Origin: Eledone cirrhosa
Taxonomy: Eukaryota
Length of the DNA stretch: 64,000 bases
NCBI GenBank assembly: GCA_964016885.1
Contig: OZ024740.1
Span: 316,138,001-316,202,000, forward strand
Reading direction: 5' to 3'
Under the pieces are notes generated by a model that saw only the letters and a list, made by a program, of their open reading frames with translations, had not been told where the DNA came from and ran no database searches. The number at the start of each line of letters is the position of its first letter. The first letter of the stretch is position 1. A program made the position numbers and the translations under genes. Positions 27,640 through 41,700 of the stretch are shown here, one piece after another.

Positions 27640-28890
27640 CAAAACTGACTGCAAGTGGTGATCAGTTAACACTGCCTGACCTATAAAGGGATTTAATATA
27701 TTTCAGCTTTAAATATGTTTTTTTGTTGTATTTTGTCACATAAATAAGTGTTAATCTCCCACTCTCCCTCAATCAGAGAAAATTTATCCATCATCTGGGA
27801 AATATTTATAAAAGTCAATCAAGTTTTTGCCTTTTGTAATAGTCTTGCAACATGTCATTTGATCAATAGCTTCGAGTTGAAAGTCTGATGTAAGTCAAAT
27901 GGATTATTGTGAAAGACTTGCAATCCTTTTGTGCTGTCATTGAGATCTGAAAAACACTATTGAAACTGCAGCCTCAGACTTGTGAGTAATTCTTGAGTGG
28001 ATTTGAGAGGAAAAGAAGAATATACTTCTTGGTTATATGTTTCACAGCAGGGAAAGTAGTTGAAGTTATTTGTTATTAGCTGAGAGTGAAAAAAGGTTAA
28101 TTTATGTCGAAAAGCTTTCACTGCAGGGTATATGTCGCATATATGCTCAGAATGGCTTTGTAGTATCTAAGCGTAATTTTCCTCATTCAAAAAAATATCA
28201 ATCTCTATTCAAAGTTAACAAAATCTTGGGATAGCTTTACTGTTACTAAGCCATCTTGTGGTATGGAAAATTACTACATTCAGCTTTTATTTCTTTTTTA
28301 AAAAATGTTCACAAACTGGCAATGATTGAGTGTGTGTGATTGAATAAAAGTCACTGTTGATACAATTGATTCTATCACATATTACAGATCTAAATGCCTG
28401 CTGATGAATGATGCAGTTAAACATAGGTTTTTGTAAAAGCTTTGTAGACCTGTCTAATGAAATCCTTTTCTACACCTCACCTATTTTCTACCATCTGTTG
28501 TAATACATTTTAGTTGTTTCCAAACCAGATTGTACTTAGTCAATGTTTTCTCAATTTCTATGAAAATATCTTCACCAGTAGTCCTTCTGTGTATGCTATA
28601 CTTTGAAATTAATACTTCCATCACCTCAATATTAACTTCAATTCCTTCAAATGAACATTAACAACACCAGATTGCCAGATACATCTGTTGATTTATCAAG
28701 GGGCCAACACACACACAAACACACACTGAAAATTTGGTATTTTATAGATTAATTTGAACAGGATGTTGCTCCCATGTCTTCAGCTCTCCTAGTTAACTAT
28801 TTCTGCAGAAAGACTAATATCCTTGAATAAAGTGAATGAGCTAATGCTTACATTTTACGTGATCTTTCAGATATCACAAATTGTTGCATC
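27640..28890 (-). mobile_element. Highly degenerate hAT transposase remnant (SPIN/GTF2IRD2-like)
   Basis: Minus strand LDKSTDVSG, TTGEDIFIEIEKTLTKYNLVWKQLKCITTDG and RWLS, with many stops. Confidence 0.7.
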
Positions 28891-29349
28891 TCTTTGCTGA
28901 ACCAGTGTGAGTGTGTGTCTGTGAAACATATATATATATATATATACACCAAGTCCAAACTCTCACTGCCTCTGTCACTCCCACTCTCCCCATCTCTCAC
29001 TATGAGCAATTGGGGGCCCACATGCTAGCCGCCCCAGCAGACAGAATAGAGAAGGCGTTTCAACAGAGGATGGTGAGGGAGACACACTGGAAGAACCATT
29101 CCAGCTTGCGTGTGGACATACTTCTTTAGCTGTTGCAGTTTCATTATTAACATTTATCCTAATGAAAACTGATTGTTATGATAAAATACACAAATTTCCA
29201 GCTTCTCTCTTGTGGCAATATGAATATTTATATGGTACTTTGAGTTTCATTTTACCATTCAAACATAAACTGAATGTTTTATTCAAAATATAATTAATAT
29301 TGTTGTCAAATTGAGGAATATAAAAATGAGATTCTTCTTGACATTATTT

Positions 29350-29560
29350 TGGCAGTATCGGTAGAGAAGTGGACACCATGTTTTCAAGCATAGAGTTACG
29401 TCCCTTTATGATCTGAGTTCAAATCCCGCCGAGGTTAACTTTGCCTTTCATCCTTAAGGGGTCGATAAAATAAAGTACCAGGCAGGCGTTGGGGTCGATT
29501 TAATCGACTTGCCCTTCCCCCAAAAATTGCTGGCCTTTTGCCTATTTAAGAAACCATTAT
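29350..29560 (+). mobile_element. Meta-like SINE, long-tail form
   Basis: A and B boxes, core, and gtcgatttaatcgac hairpin in the tail. Confidence 0.85.
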
Positions 29561-29589
29561 TAAATGAGAATTAGAAAGATAGGTAGCTA

Positions 29590-31904
29590 GAGAGATAGAG
29601 ATAGGTGGGTAGATAGAGAGATAGTGTTGAGAAAGGTGGGTAGATAGAGAGATAGTGTTGAGAAAGGTGGGTAGATAGAGAGATAGTGTTGAGATAGGTG
29701 GGTAGATAGAGAGATAGTGTTGAGATAGGTGGGTAGATAGAGAGATAGTGTTGAGAAAGGTGGGTAGATAGAGAGACAGTGTTGAGAAAGGTGGGTAGAT
29801 AGAGAGATAGTGTTGAGATAGGCGGGTAGATAGAGAGATAGTGTTGAGAAAGGTGGGTAGATAGAGAGATAGTGTTGAGAAAGGTGGGTAGATAGAGAGA
29901 CAGTGTTGAGAAAGGTGGGTAGATAGAGAGACAGTGTTGAGAAAGGTGGGTAGATAGAGAGATAGTGTTGAGAAAGGTGGGTAGATAGAGAGATAGTGTT
30001 GAGATAGGTGGGTAGATAGAGAGATAGTGTTGAGAAAGATGGGTAGATAGAGAGATAGTGTTGAGATAGGTGGGTAGATAGAGAGATAGTGTTGAGATAG
30101 GTGGGTAGATAGAGAGATAGTGTTGAGATAGGCGGGTAGATAGAGAGATAGTGTTGAGAAAGGTGGGTAGATAGAGAGATAGTGTTGAGATAGGTGGGTA
30201 GATAGAGAGATAGTGTTGAGATAGGTGGGTAGATAGAGAGATAGTGTTGAGATAGGTGGGTAGATAGAGAGATAGTGTTGAGAAAGGTGGGTAGATAGAG
30301 AGATAGTGTGGAGAAAGGTGGGTAGATAGAGATAGTGTTGAGATAGGTGGGTAGATAGAGAGATAGTGTTGAGATAGGTGGGTAGATAGAGAGATAGTGT
30401 TGAGAAAGGTGGGTAGATAGAGAGATAGTGTTGAGAAAGGTGGGTAGATAGAGAGATAGTGTTGAGAAAGGTGGGTAGATAGAGAGATAGTGTTGAGAAA
30501 GGTGGGTAGATAGAGAGACAGTGTTGAGAAAGGTGGGTAGATAGAGAGATAGTGTTGAGATAGGTGGGTAGATAGAGAGATAGTGTTGAGAAAGGTGGGT
30601 AGATAGAGAGATAGTGTTGAGATAGGTGGGTAGATAGAGAGATAGTGTTGAGATAGGTGGGTAGATAGAGAGATAGTGTTGAGAAATGTGGGTAGATAGA
30701 GAGATAGTGTGGAGAAAGGTGGGTAGATAGAGAGATAGTGTTGAGAAATGTGGGTAGATAGAGAGATAGTGTGGATAAAGGTGGGTAGATAGAGATAGTG
30801 TTGAGAAAGGTGGGTAGATAGAGAGATAGTGTTGAGATAGGTGGGTAGATAGAGAGGTTGTGTGAGAAAGGTGGGTAGATAGAGAGATAGTGTTGAGAAA
30901 TGTGGGTAGATAGAGAGATAGTGTTGAGATAGGTGGGTAGATAGAGAGACAGTGTTGAGATAGGTGGGTAGATAGAGAGATAGTGTTGAGATAGGGGTAG
31001 ATAGATAGATAGTGTTGAGATAGGTGGGTAGATAGAGAGATAGTGTTGAGATAGGTGGGTAGATAGAGAGTAGTGTGAGAAAGGTGGGTAGATAGAGAGA
31101 TAGTGTTGAGATAGGTAGGTAGATAGAGAGATAGTGTTGAGAAAGGTGGGTAGATAGAGAGATAGTGTTGAGAAAGGTGGGTAGATTAGAGAGATAGTGT
31201 TGAGATAGGTGGGTAGATAGAGAGATAGTGTTGAGATAGGTGGGTAGATAGAGAGATAGTGTTGAGATAGGTGGGTAGATAGAGAGATAGTGTTGAGAAA
31301 GGTGGGTAGATAGAGAGACAGTGTTGAGATAGGTGGGTAGATAGAGAGATAGTGTTGAGATAGGTGGGTAGATAGAGATAGTGTTGAGATAGGTGGGTAG
31401 ATAGAGAGATAGTGTTGAGAAAGGTGGGTAGATAGAGAGATAGTGTTGAGAAAGGTGGGTAGATAGAGAGATAGTGTTGAGAAAGGTGGGTAGATAGAGA
31501 GATAGTGTTGAGAAAGGTGGGTAGATAGAGAGACAGTGTTGAGAAAGGTGGGTAGATAGAGAGACAGTGTTGAGAAAGGTGGGTAGATAGAGAGATAGTG
31601 TTGAGAAGGTGGGTAGATAGAGAGATAGTCGTGCAGATAGGTGGGTAGATAGAGAGATAGTGTGAGATAGGTGGTAGTAGAGATAGTGTTGAGCTAGGTG
31701 GGTAGATAGAGAGATAGTGTTGAGAAAGGTGGGTAGATAGAGAGATAGTGTTGAGAAAGGTGGGTAGATAGAGAGATAGTGTTGAGAAAGGTGGGTAGAT
31801 AGAGAGATAGTGTTGAGAAAGGTGGGTAGATAGAGAGACAGTGTTGAGAAAGGTGGGTAGATAGAGAGATAGTGTTGAGATAGGTGGGTAGATAGAGATA
31901 TAGT
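29590..31904. repeat. 31-bp purine-rich minisatellite (about 75 copies), runs into an assembly gap
   Basis: Unit ggtgggtagatagagagatagtgttgaga(a/t)a. Confidence 0.97.
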
Positions 31905-32104
31905 NNNNNNNNNNNNNNNNNNNNNNNNNNNNNNNNNNNNNNNNNNNNNNNNNNNNNNNNNNNNNNNNNNNNNNNNNNNNNNNNNNNNNNNNNNNNNNNN
32001 NNNNNNNNNNNNNNNNNNNNNNNNNNNNNNNNNNNNNNNNNNNNNNNNNNNNNNNNNNNNNNNNNNNNNNNNNNNNNNNNNNNNNNNNNNNNNNNNNNNN
32101 NNNN
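31905..32104. other. Assembly gap (200 N)
   Basis: Run of N. Confidence 1.
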
Positions 32105-32674
32105 AGCATAAGAGGAATCAAATGCTGCGTGCAGGAGAGGCGGTTACGCTGGTATGGACATGTGATGCGTATGAAGGATGACAGCTGCATAAAAAGGTGC
32201 AGAGCACTAGAAGTTGATGGAAACCGCGGAGTGGGGAGACCCAAGATGACTTGGGATGAGGTGATAAAAGCCGACCTTACCCAACTACACCTCTCAAAGT
32301 CAATGACACACGACCGTGACTTCTGGCGTCACGCAGTAATACAGGGTACCCGACCTCCCATGGGTACATGCTGAAGCATATAAACAATATGCCCCCCCCC
32401 CACCGCAAGGTGGTCGTGGAGGTGCCACGGCAAAAAAGCACCCAGCCCACACTGTAAAGTGGACGTGTAGGCGCCACGAAAAAGCACCCAGCACTCACTG
32501 TAAATGAGGTTGGTGTTAGGAAGGGCATCCAGCTGTAGAAATCAAGCCAGATCAGTTCCTGTATGAGCAAGGCATGGTCAGCCGACCAGACACTGCCCAC
32601 AACAGGACAACCCGTCTAACCCATGCTAGCGTGGAAGAACGGACGTAAAACGGTGATGATGATGATGATGATGA
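32105..32674 (+). mobile_element. 3' end of the sister RTE family (C-terminus, 3' UTR, (GAT)n)
   Basis: ERRLRWYGHVMRMKDDSCIKRC...GRPKMTWDE; hairpin ccatgctagcgtgg. Confidence 0.92.
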
Positions 32675-32730
32675 TTTATATAATATATATATATATTTAT
32701 ATATATATTTATATATATATTATATATATT

Positions 32731-32763
<33 letters not shown>

Positions 32764-32897
32764 TTATATATATATTATATATATATTTATATATATATAT
32801 ATATATATTTATATATTATATATATATATATATATTTATATAATATATATATATATATATAATATATATATATATTATATATATATATTATATATAT

Positions 32898-32929
<32 letters not shown>

Positions 32930-32948
32930 ATATTATATATATATATAT

Positions 32949-33014
<66 letters not shown>

Positions 33015-33326
33015 TATTATATATATATATTATATATATTATATATATATATAATTATATATATAAATATATATTATATATATATATTATATATATATTA
33101 TATATATTATATATATATATATTATATATATATTTATATATATATATTATATATATATATATATATTATATATATATATTATATATATATATATATATTA
33201 TATATATATATTATATTTATATATATATATTATATATATATATTATATTTATATATATATATTATATTTATATATATATATTATATATATATATATTATA
33301 TATATATATTATATATATATATATAT

Positions 33327-33358
<32 letters not shown>

Positions 33359-33416
33359 TATATATATATTATATATATATATATTATATATATATATTAT
33401 ATATATATATATATAT

Positions 33417-33448
<32 letters not shown>

Positions 33449-33778
33449 TATATATAATATATATATATATTATATATATTATATTATATATATATATTAT
33501 ATTATATATAATATATATATATATTATATATATATATATTATATATATATATATATATATTATATTATATATATATATATATATTATATATATTATATAT
33601 AATATATATATATATTATATATATATATATATTATATATATATATATATTATATATATATATTATATATAATATATATATATATTATATATTTATATTAT
33701 ATATATTATATATAATATATATATAAATTATATATATATATTATATATATATATATTATATATAATATATATATATAT

Positions 33779-33810
<32 letters not shown>

Positions 33811-34192
33811 ATATTATATATATATTATATATAATATATATATATATTATATATATATATTATATATATATATTATATATATATATTATATATATATAAA
33901 AATATTATATATATATTATATATATATATATAAATATTATATATATATATTATATATATATATATTATATATATATAAAAATATTATATATATATTATAT
34001 ATATATATTATATATATATATATATAAATATTATATATATATATTATATATATATTATATATATATATTATATATATATATATATAAATATTATATATAT
34101 ATATTATATATATATATATTATATATATATAAAAATATTATATATATATTATATATATATATTATATATATATATTATATATATATTATTTA

Positions 34193-34277
<85 letters not shown>

Positions 34278-34455
34278 ATTTATATATTATATATATATTA
34301 TATATATATATATATATTATATATATATATATAATATATATACATATATATATTATATATTATATACATATATATATTATATATTATATATATATATATA
34401 TTATATATATATATTATATATTATATATATATTATATATATATATATTATATATA

Positions 34456-34502
<47 letters not shown>

Positions 34503-34543
34503 TATATATATTATATATATATATATTATATATATATATATAT
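32675..34543. repeat. Interrupted (TA)n tract, about 1.9 kb
   Basis: Almost pure A/T. Confidence 0.97.
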
Positions 34544-36103
34544 AAACTAGGCGTTGACGAATGGCTTGTGAGGGCTATACAAGCCATGTATAAAGAAACA
34601 GTCAGCAAGGTTAGAATTAACAACGAATATAGTGAAGAGTTTAGCGTAAAAGTCGGCGTCCATCAGGGCTCTGTTCTCAGTCCACTACTATTTATTATCG
34701 CCCTTCAGGCCATAACAGAGGAGTTCAAGACAGGCTGCCCATGGGAACTCCTATACGCAGACGACCTGACACTCATAGCGGAATCAATGGCCGAGCTAGA
34801 GAAGAAATTCCAAACATGGAAGCACGGCCTAGAGTCAAAAGGACTTAAAATTAACCTGGCTAAGACCAAAGTACTAGTTTGTAGGAAAGAAAACAAGGCG
34901 GCGGTCCCTTCTGGGAAATGGTCGTGCTCGGTGTGTAGGAAAGGCGTAGGTAGAAACTCCATTTTATGTCCTAAATGCAAAGTATGGGTGCATAAAAGAT
35001 GTAGTGGGATCACAGGTAGGCTAACTAAGAACATAGATTTTACATGTGGCCGGTGCTCTGGTGCAATAAGTAGCAGCAAGTGCCCACAAACTACTAGCTC
35101 TTTCAATTGCGCAGAGGGTTCTATAGAAATAGTGGACAGCTTCCGTTACCTGGGCGATAAAATCAGCAGTGGGGGAGGGTGCTCTGAAAGTACTGTAGCT
35201 AGAGTCAGAACTGGTTGGAAAAAGTTCAGAGAGCTTATACCACTATTAGCTGCTAAAGGGTTCTCACTAAAAATGAAAGGCAGGTTGTACGATGCCTGCA
35301 TACGAACAGCAATGCTGCATGGCAGTGAGACCTGGGCATTGTGTGCAGAGGATATACGCAGACTAGAGAGGAACGAAGCTTGCATGCTCCGCTGGATGTG
35401 TAACAGTAATATACGTGAACGGCAAAGCATAAACGAACTAAGGAATAAATTAGAGATAAGAGGGATCAGATGTTGTTTACTCGAGAGAAGGCTACGTTGG
35501 TATGGACACGTGATGCGCATGAAAGTCGATAGCTGTATAACAAAGTGCAGGGCAATAAAGATAGACGGTAGTCACGGAATAGGCAGACCTAGAAAAACCT
35601 GGACGAGCTGATAAACTCCGACATCACACACTTACACCTCTCCAAGACAATGTCACTGGACCGAGACCTTTGGCGGTACTCAGTAACAGAGAAGACCCGC
35701 CTTACCTAAATATATATAGTAAAACCTACTCCAGCCAGTAGGCATCTCTAACAAATACACCCCGTCCCACCACCCCCACCCGATCCACACCACCCCGTTC
35801 TATGTAAAGTTATGTTGGTGCCGCGCCATCGAGGCCGAAACAAATGAGATCGTGTAGGTGTCACGACAAAAAAACACACAGTCCACGCTGTAATGTGGCC
35901 GTGTAGGCAACACGGTAAAAACCTCCCAGACCCACACTGTAAATGTGGTTGGTGTTAGGAAGGGCATCCAACTGTAGAAAACCTGCCAGACAGTCCTATG
36001 CGAGCAAGACAATCACTCTTGCCTCAAGTGGGACTACCCCCGTCCAAACCCATGCAAGCGTGGAACACGGACGTTAAACGCTGATGATGATGATGATGAT
36101 GAT
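34544..36103 (+). mobile_element. RTE LINE copy 3, 5'-truncated, 1-bp deletion near 35601
   Basis: ORF 34568-35611; acctggacgag versus acctgggacgag in the other copies; full 3' UTR and tail. Confidence 0.97.
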
Positions 36104-36147
36104 TATATATATATATATAAATATTATATATATATATATGTTTATAT

Positions 36148-36179
<32 letters not shown>

Positions 36180-36439
36180 AGATAGATATATATTATATAT
36201 ATATATATTATATATATATATATATTATATATATAGATAGATATATATTATATATATATATATTATATATATATATATTATATATATATATATATATATA
36301 AATATTATATATATATATATATTATATATATATTATATATATATATATATATATAAATATTATATATATATATATATTATATATATTATATATATATATA
36401 TATTATATATATATATATATATTATATATATTATATATA

Positions 36440-36482
<43 letters not shown>

Positions 36483-37003
36483 ATATTATATATATATATT
36501 ATATATATATATATATATTATATATATTATATATATATTATATATATATATATATATTATATATATATATATATATATTATATATATTATATATAATATA
36601 TATATATATTATATATATTATATTATATATATATATATATTATATATAATATATATATATATTATATATATATATATTATATATATATATATATATATAT
36701 TATATTATATATATATATATATATTATATATAATATATATATATATTATATATATATATTATATATATTATATTATATATATATATATATATTATATATA
36801 ATATATATATATATTATATATATATATATATTATATATATATATATATTATATATATATATATATATTATATATATATATATATATTATATATAATATAT
36901 ATATATATTATATATATATATTATATATATATATATTATATATATATATTATATATAATATATATATATTATATATATATATTATATATATATATATTAT
37001 ATA

Positions 37004-37052
<49 letters not shown>

Positions 37053-37361
37053 ATATTATATATTATATATAATATATATATATTATATATATATATATAT
37101 TATATATATATATTATATATATATATTATATATATATATTATATATATATATTATATATATATATTATATATATATATTATATATATATATTATATATAT
37201 ATAAAAATATTATATATATATTATATATATATATATTATATATATATATATATAAATATTATATATATATATTATATATATATTATATATATATATTATA
37301 TATATATAAAAATATTATATATATATTATATATATATATTATATATATTATATATATATAT

Positions 37362-37394
<33 letters not shown>

Positions 37395-37544
37395 TATATA
37401 TATATATATATTATATATATACATTTTATATATACATATATATATTATATATTATATACATATATATATTATATATATATATATATTATATATATATATT
37501 TTATATTATATATTTATTATATATATATATATATTATATATATA

Positions 37545-37589
<45 letters not shown>

Positions 37590-37590
37590 A

Positions 37591-37684
<94 letters not shown>

Positions 37685-37722
37685 ATATTATATATATTAT
37701 ATATATATATATTATATATATA

Positions 37723-37769
<47 letters not shown>

Positions 37770-37807
37770 ATATATAAATATTACATATATATATATATTA
37801 TATATAT

Positions 37808-37839
<32 letters not shown>

Positions 37840-38030
37840 ATAGATATATATTATTTATATATATATTATATATTAATATATATTATATATATATATATAT
37901 ATATAAATATTATATATATATATATTATATATATTATATATATATATATTATATATATATATATATTATATATATATATATATTATATATATTATATATA
38001 TATATATTATATATATATATATTATATATA

Positions 38031-38098
<68 letters not shown>

Positions 38099-38151
38099 TA
38101 TATATATATATTATATATATATATATAGATATATATTATATATATAAATAT

Positions 38152-38183
<32 letters not shown>

Positions 38184-38393
38184 TATATATATATATTATA
38201 TATATTATATATATTATATATATATTATATATATTATATATATATTATATATATATATTATATATATTATATATATATATTATATATATATTATATATAT
38301 TATATATATATTATATATATATTATATATATATATTATATATATTATATTATATATATTATATATATATATTATATATATTATATATATATAT

Positions 38394-38425
<32 letters not shown>

Positions 38426-38503
38426 ATTATATATATTATATATATATTATATATATATATTATATATATTATATATATATATATATATATTATTTATATA
38501 TGT

Positions 38504-38535
<32 letters not shown>

Positions 38536-38626
38536 ATATATTATATATATATATATTATATATATATATATATATATTATTTATATATATTATATATATA
38601 TATATATATATATTATTTATATATAT

Positions 38627-38679
<53 letters not shown>

Positions 38680-38745
38680 ATATATATTATATATATATAT
38701 ATATATTATATATATATATATATATTATATATATATATATATATT
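36104..38745. repeat. Interrupted (TA)n tract, about 2.6 kb
   Basis: Almost pure A/T. Confidence 0.97.
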
Positions 38746-41700
38746 ATCATCATCATCATCATCATCAACGTTTAACGTCCGTGTTCCACGCTTGCATGGG
38801 TTTGGACGGGGGTAGTCCCACTTGAGGCAAGAGTGAGTGTCTTGCTCGCATAGGACTGTCTGGCAGGTTTTCTACAGTTGGATGCCCTTCCTAACACCAA
38901 CCACATTTACAGTGTGGGTCTGGGAGGTTTTTACCGTGTTGCCTACACGGCCACATTACAGCGTGGACTGTGTGTTTTTTGTCGTGACACCTACACGATC
39001 TCATTTGTTTCGGCCTCGATGGCGCGGCACCAACATAACTTTACATAGAACGGGGTGGTGTGGATCGGGTGGGGGTGGGGGGTGGGGGGACGGGGTGTAT
39101 TTTGTTAGAGATGCCTACTGGCTGGAGTAGGTTTTACTATATATTTAGGTAAGGCGGGTCTTCTCTGTTACTGAGTACCGCCAAAGGTCTCGGTCCAGTG
39201 ACATTGTCTTGGAGAGGTGTAAGTGTGTGATGTCGGAGTTTATCAGCTCGTCCCAGGTTTTTCTAGGTCTGCCTATTCCGTGACTACCGTCTATCTTTAT
39301 TGCCCTGCACTTTGTTATACAGCTATCGACTTTCATGCGCATCACGTGTCCATACCAACGTAGCCTTCTCTCGAGTAAACAACATCTGATCCCTCTTATC
39401 TCTAATTTATTCCTTAGTTCGTTTATGCTTTGCCGTTCACGTATATTACTGTTACACATCCAGCGGAGCATGCAAGCTTCATTCCTCTCTAGTCTGCGTA
39501 TATCCTCTGCACACAATGCCCAGGTCTCACTGCCATGCAGCATTGCTGTTCGTATGCAGGCATCGTACAACCTGCCTTTCATTTTTAGTGAGAACCCTTT
39601 AGCAGCTAATAGTGGTATAAGCTCTCTGAACTTTTTCCAACCAGTTCTGACTCTAGCTACAGTACTTTCAGAGCACCCTCCCCCACTGCTGATTTTATCG
39701 CCCAGGTAACGGAAGCTGTCCACTATTTCTATAGAACCCTCTGCGCAATTGAAAGAGCTAGTAGTTTGTGGGCACTTGCTGCTACTTATTGCACCAGAGC
39801 ACCGGCCACATGTAAAATCTATGTTCTTAGTTAGCTTACCTGTGATCCCACTACATCTTTTATGCACCCATACTTTGCATTTAGGACATAAAATGGAGTT
39901 TCTACCTACGCCTTTCCTACACACCGAGCACGACCATTTCCCAGAAGGGACCGCCGCCTTGTTTTCTTTCCTACAAACTAGTACTTTGGTCTTAGCCAGG
40001 TTAATTTTAAGTCCTTTTGACTCTAGGCCGTGCTTCCATGTTTGGAATTTCTTCTCTAGCTCGGCCATTGATTCCGCTATGAGTGTCAGGTCGTCTGCGT
40101 ATAGGAGTTCCCATGGGCAGCCTGTCTTGAACTCCTCTGTTATAGCCTGAAGGGCAATAATAAATAGTAGTGGACTGAGAACAGAGCCCTGATGGACGCC
40201 GACTTTTACGCTAAACTCTTCACTATATTCGTTGTTAATTCTAACCTTGCTGACTGTTTCTTTATACATGGCTTGTATAGCCCTCACAAGCCATTCGTCA
40301 ACGCCTAGTTTTCTAAGAGCCCACCAGATAATGGAGCGGGGGACTCTGTCGAAGGCTTTCTCCAAGTCGACAAAAGCTAAGTAGAGGGGTTTACCTTTAG
40401 CTAGGTACTTCTCTTGTAGTTGTCGTACTATGAAAAGAGCGTCTGTGGTACTTTTGCCTGACACAAACCCGAACTGCATTTCATCTAGGTCAATTCTCTC
40501 TCTGATTAGTTGCGCTATTACTCTTTCCGTGACCTTCATGACCTGGTCGATTAATTTAATGCCTCTATAGTTACTCCTATCTAGGGCGTCTCCTTTACCC
40601 TTATAACAGTTAACGATGATGCTGCTATGCCAGTCCTTCGGAACAACCCCGTTCTGTACGACTTGGTTAACTATGCGGGTGACCATGGTGTGTCCCACCG
40701 TGCCAGATGCCTTCAGCATCTCAGCAACTATTTCCGAAGGCCCAGCCGCCTTACCAGTCTTCATATCCTTGATTGCCTTACTTATTATACTCCCCTCGAC
40801 TAACACTGCTGGTCCCTCTATTGGGTCGATATGGGGGAGACTGCCTTTCTCCCAATTATTCTCCTCATTTAGAAGCCTTTCATAGTGACACTTCCAAGCT
40901 ACCTTCTTATCAGCGTCGGTGATGGCAAGTGTGCCATCGTCGTTTAGTACACACTTCTCCCCGACAATATCACGGTTTTCCTTGACGCATTGCCTAGCAA
41001 TCCTGAACACCTCACGTTTTTGGTCATCGCGTTGTAGAACATGCTTGAACTTTCTTTCCTCAGCTTCCCTTCTTGCTAAGTACACTTGTCTCCTAGCTTC
41101 CCTCCTGGCCACTTGATAGTCCTCTCTACTTCCCCCATCCCGCCATACTTTCCAAGCCTGCTTTTTGGCCTTAATTGACCCCTCCACCTTACTGTTCCAC
41201 CACCATGTTACTCTCCTCCTGCCTACAGGCCTGCTCCAGCCACAGACCTCGTCTGTCGCCAACAGCAGGTTTGCTTTCAGAAATTCCCACTCTCCCTCTA
41301 TATTGTCCGACTCTAAATGTTCTTCCTTACTGTCGAAAGCATCAAGTAATATGCTTTGAAATTTATTCCTGGCTGTGGGGTCCTTTAGCTTCCATATTTT
41401 CCTCCTGAGGATAGTCCTCTTCTGTTGTCGAGTACGTCTCGTCCTGACTATGAGGTCGCTAATTATCAGTCTATGTTGGGAGGTGCATTCTTCATGGGGG
41501 AGGGATTTAGTGTTAACAACAGACACTCTGTCACGTCTTCTGGTAAGGATATAATCTACCTGGCTTGTGTGTTCCCCGGATCTATAGGTGATCAGGTGAT
41601 TGTCACGTTTTTTGAAGTTAGTGTTACAGATAGTTAGGTTATTTGCATCACAGAATTCCAGGATTCTGGAGCCTTCCTCATTTCTAGTACCAAACCCATA

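Noticed and set aside
29590-31904. CRISPR-like array (also 14440-15045 and 61462-62224)
   Set aside because: Contiguous units without unique spacers, no cas genes, eukaryotic context.
31186-32244. 352-aa repetitive ORF
   Set aside because: Translation of the 31-bp satellite across an N gap.
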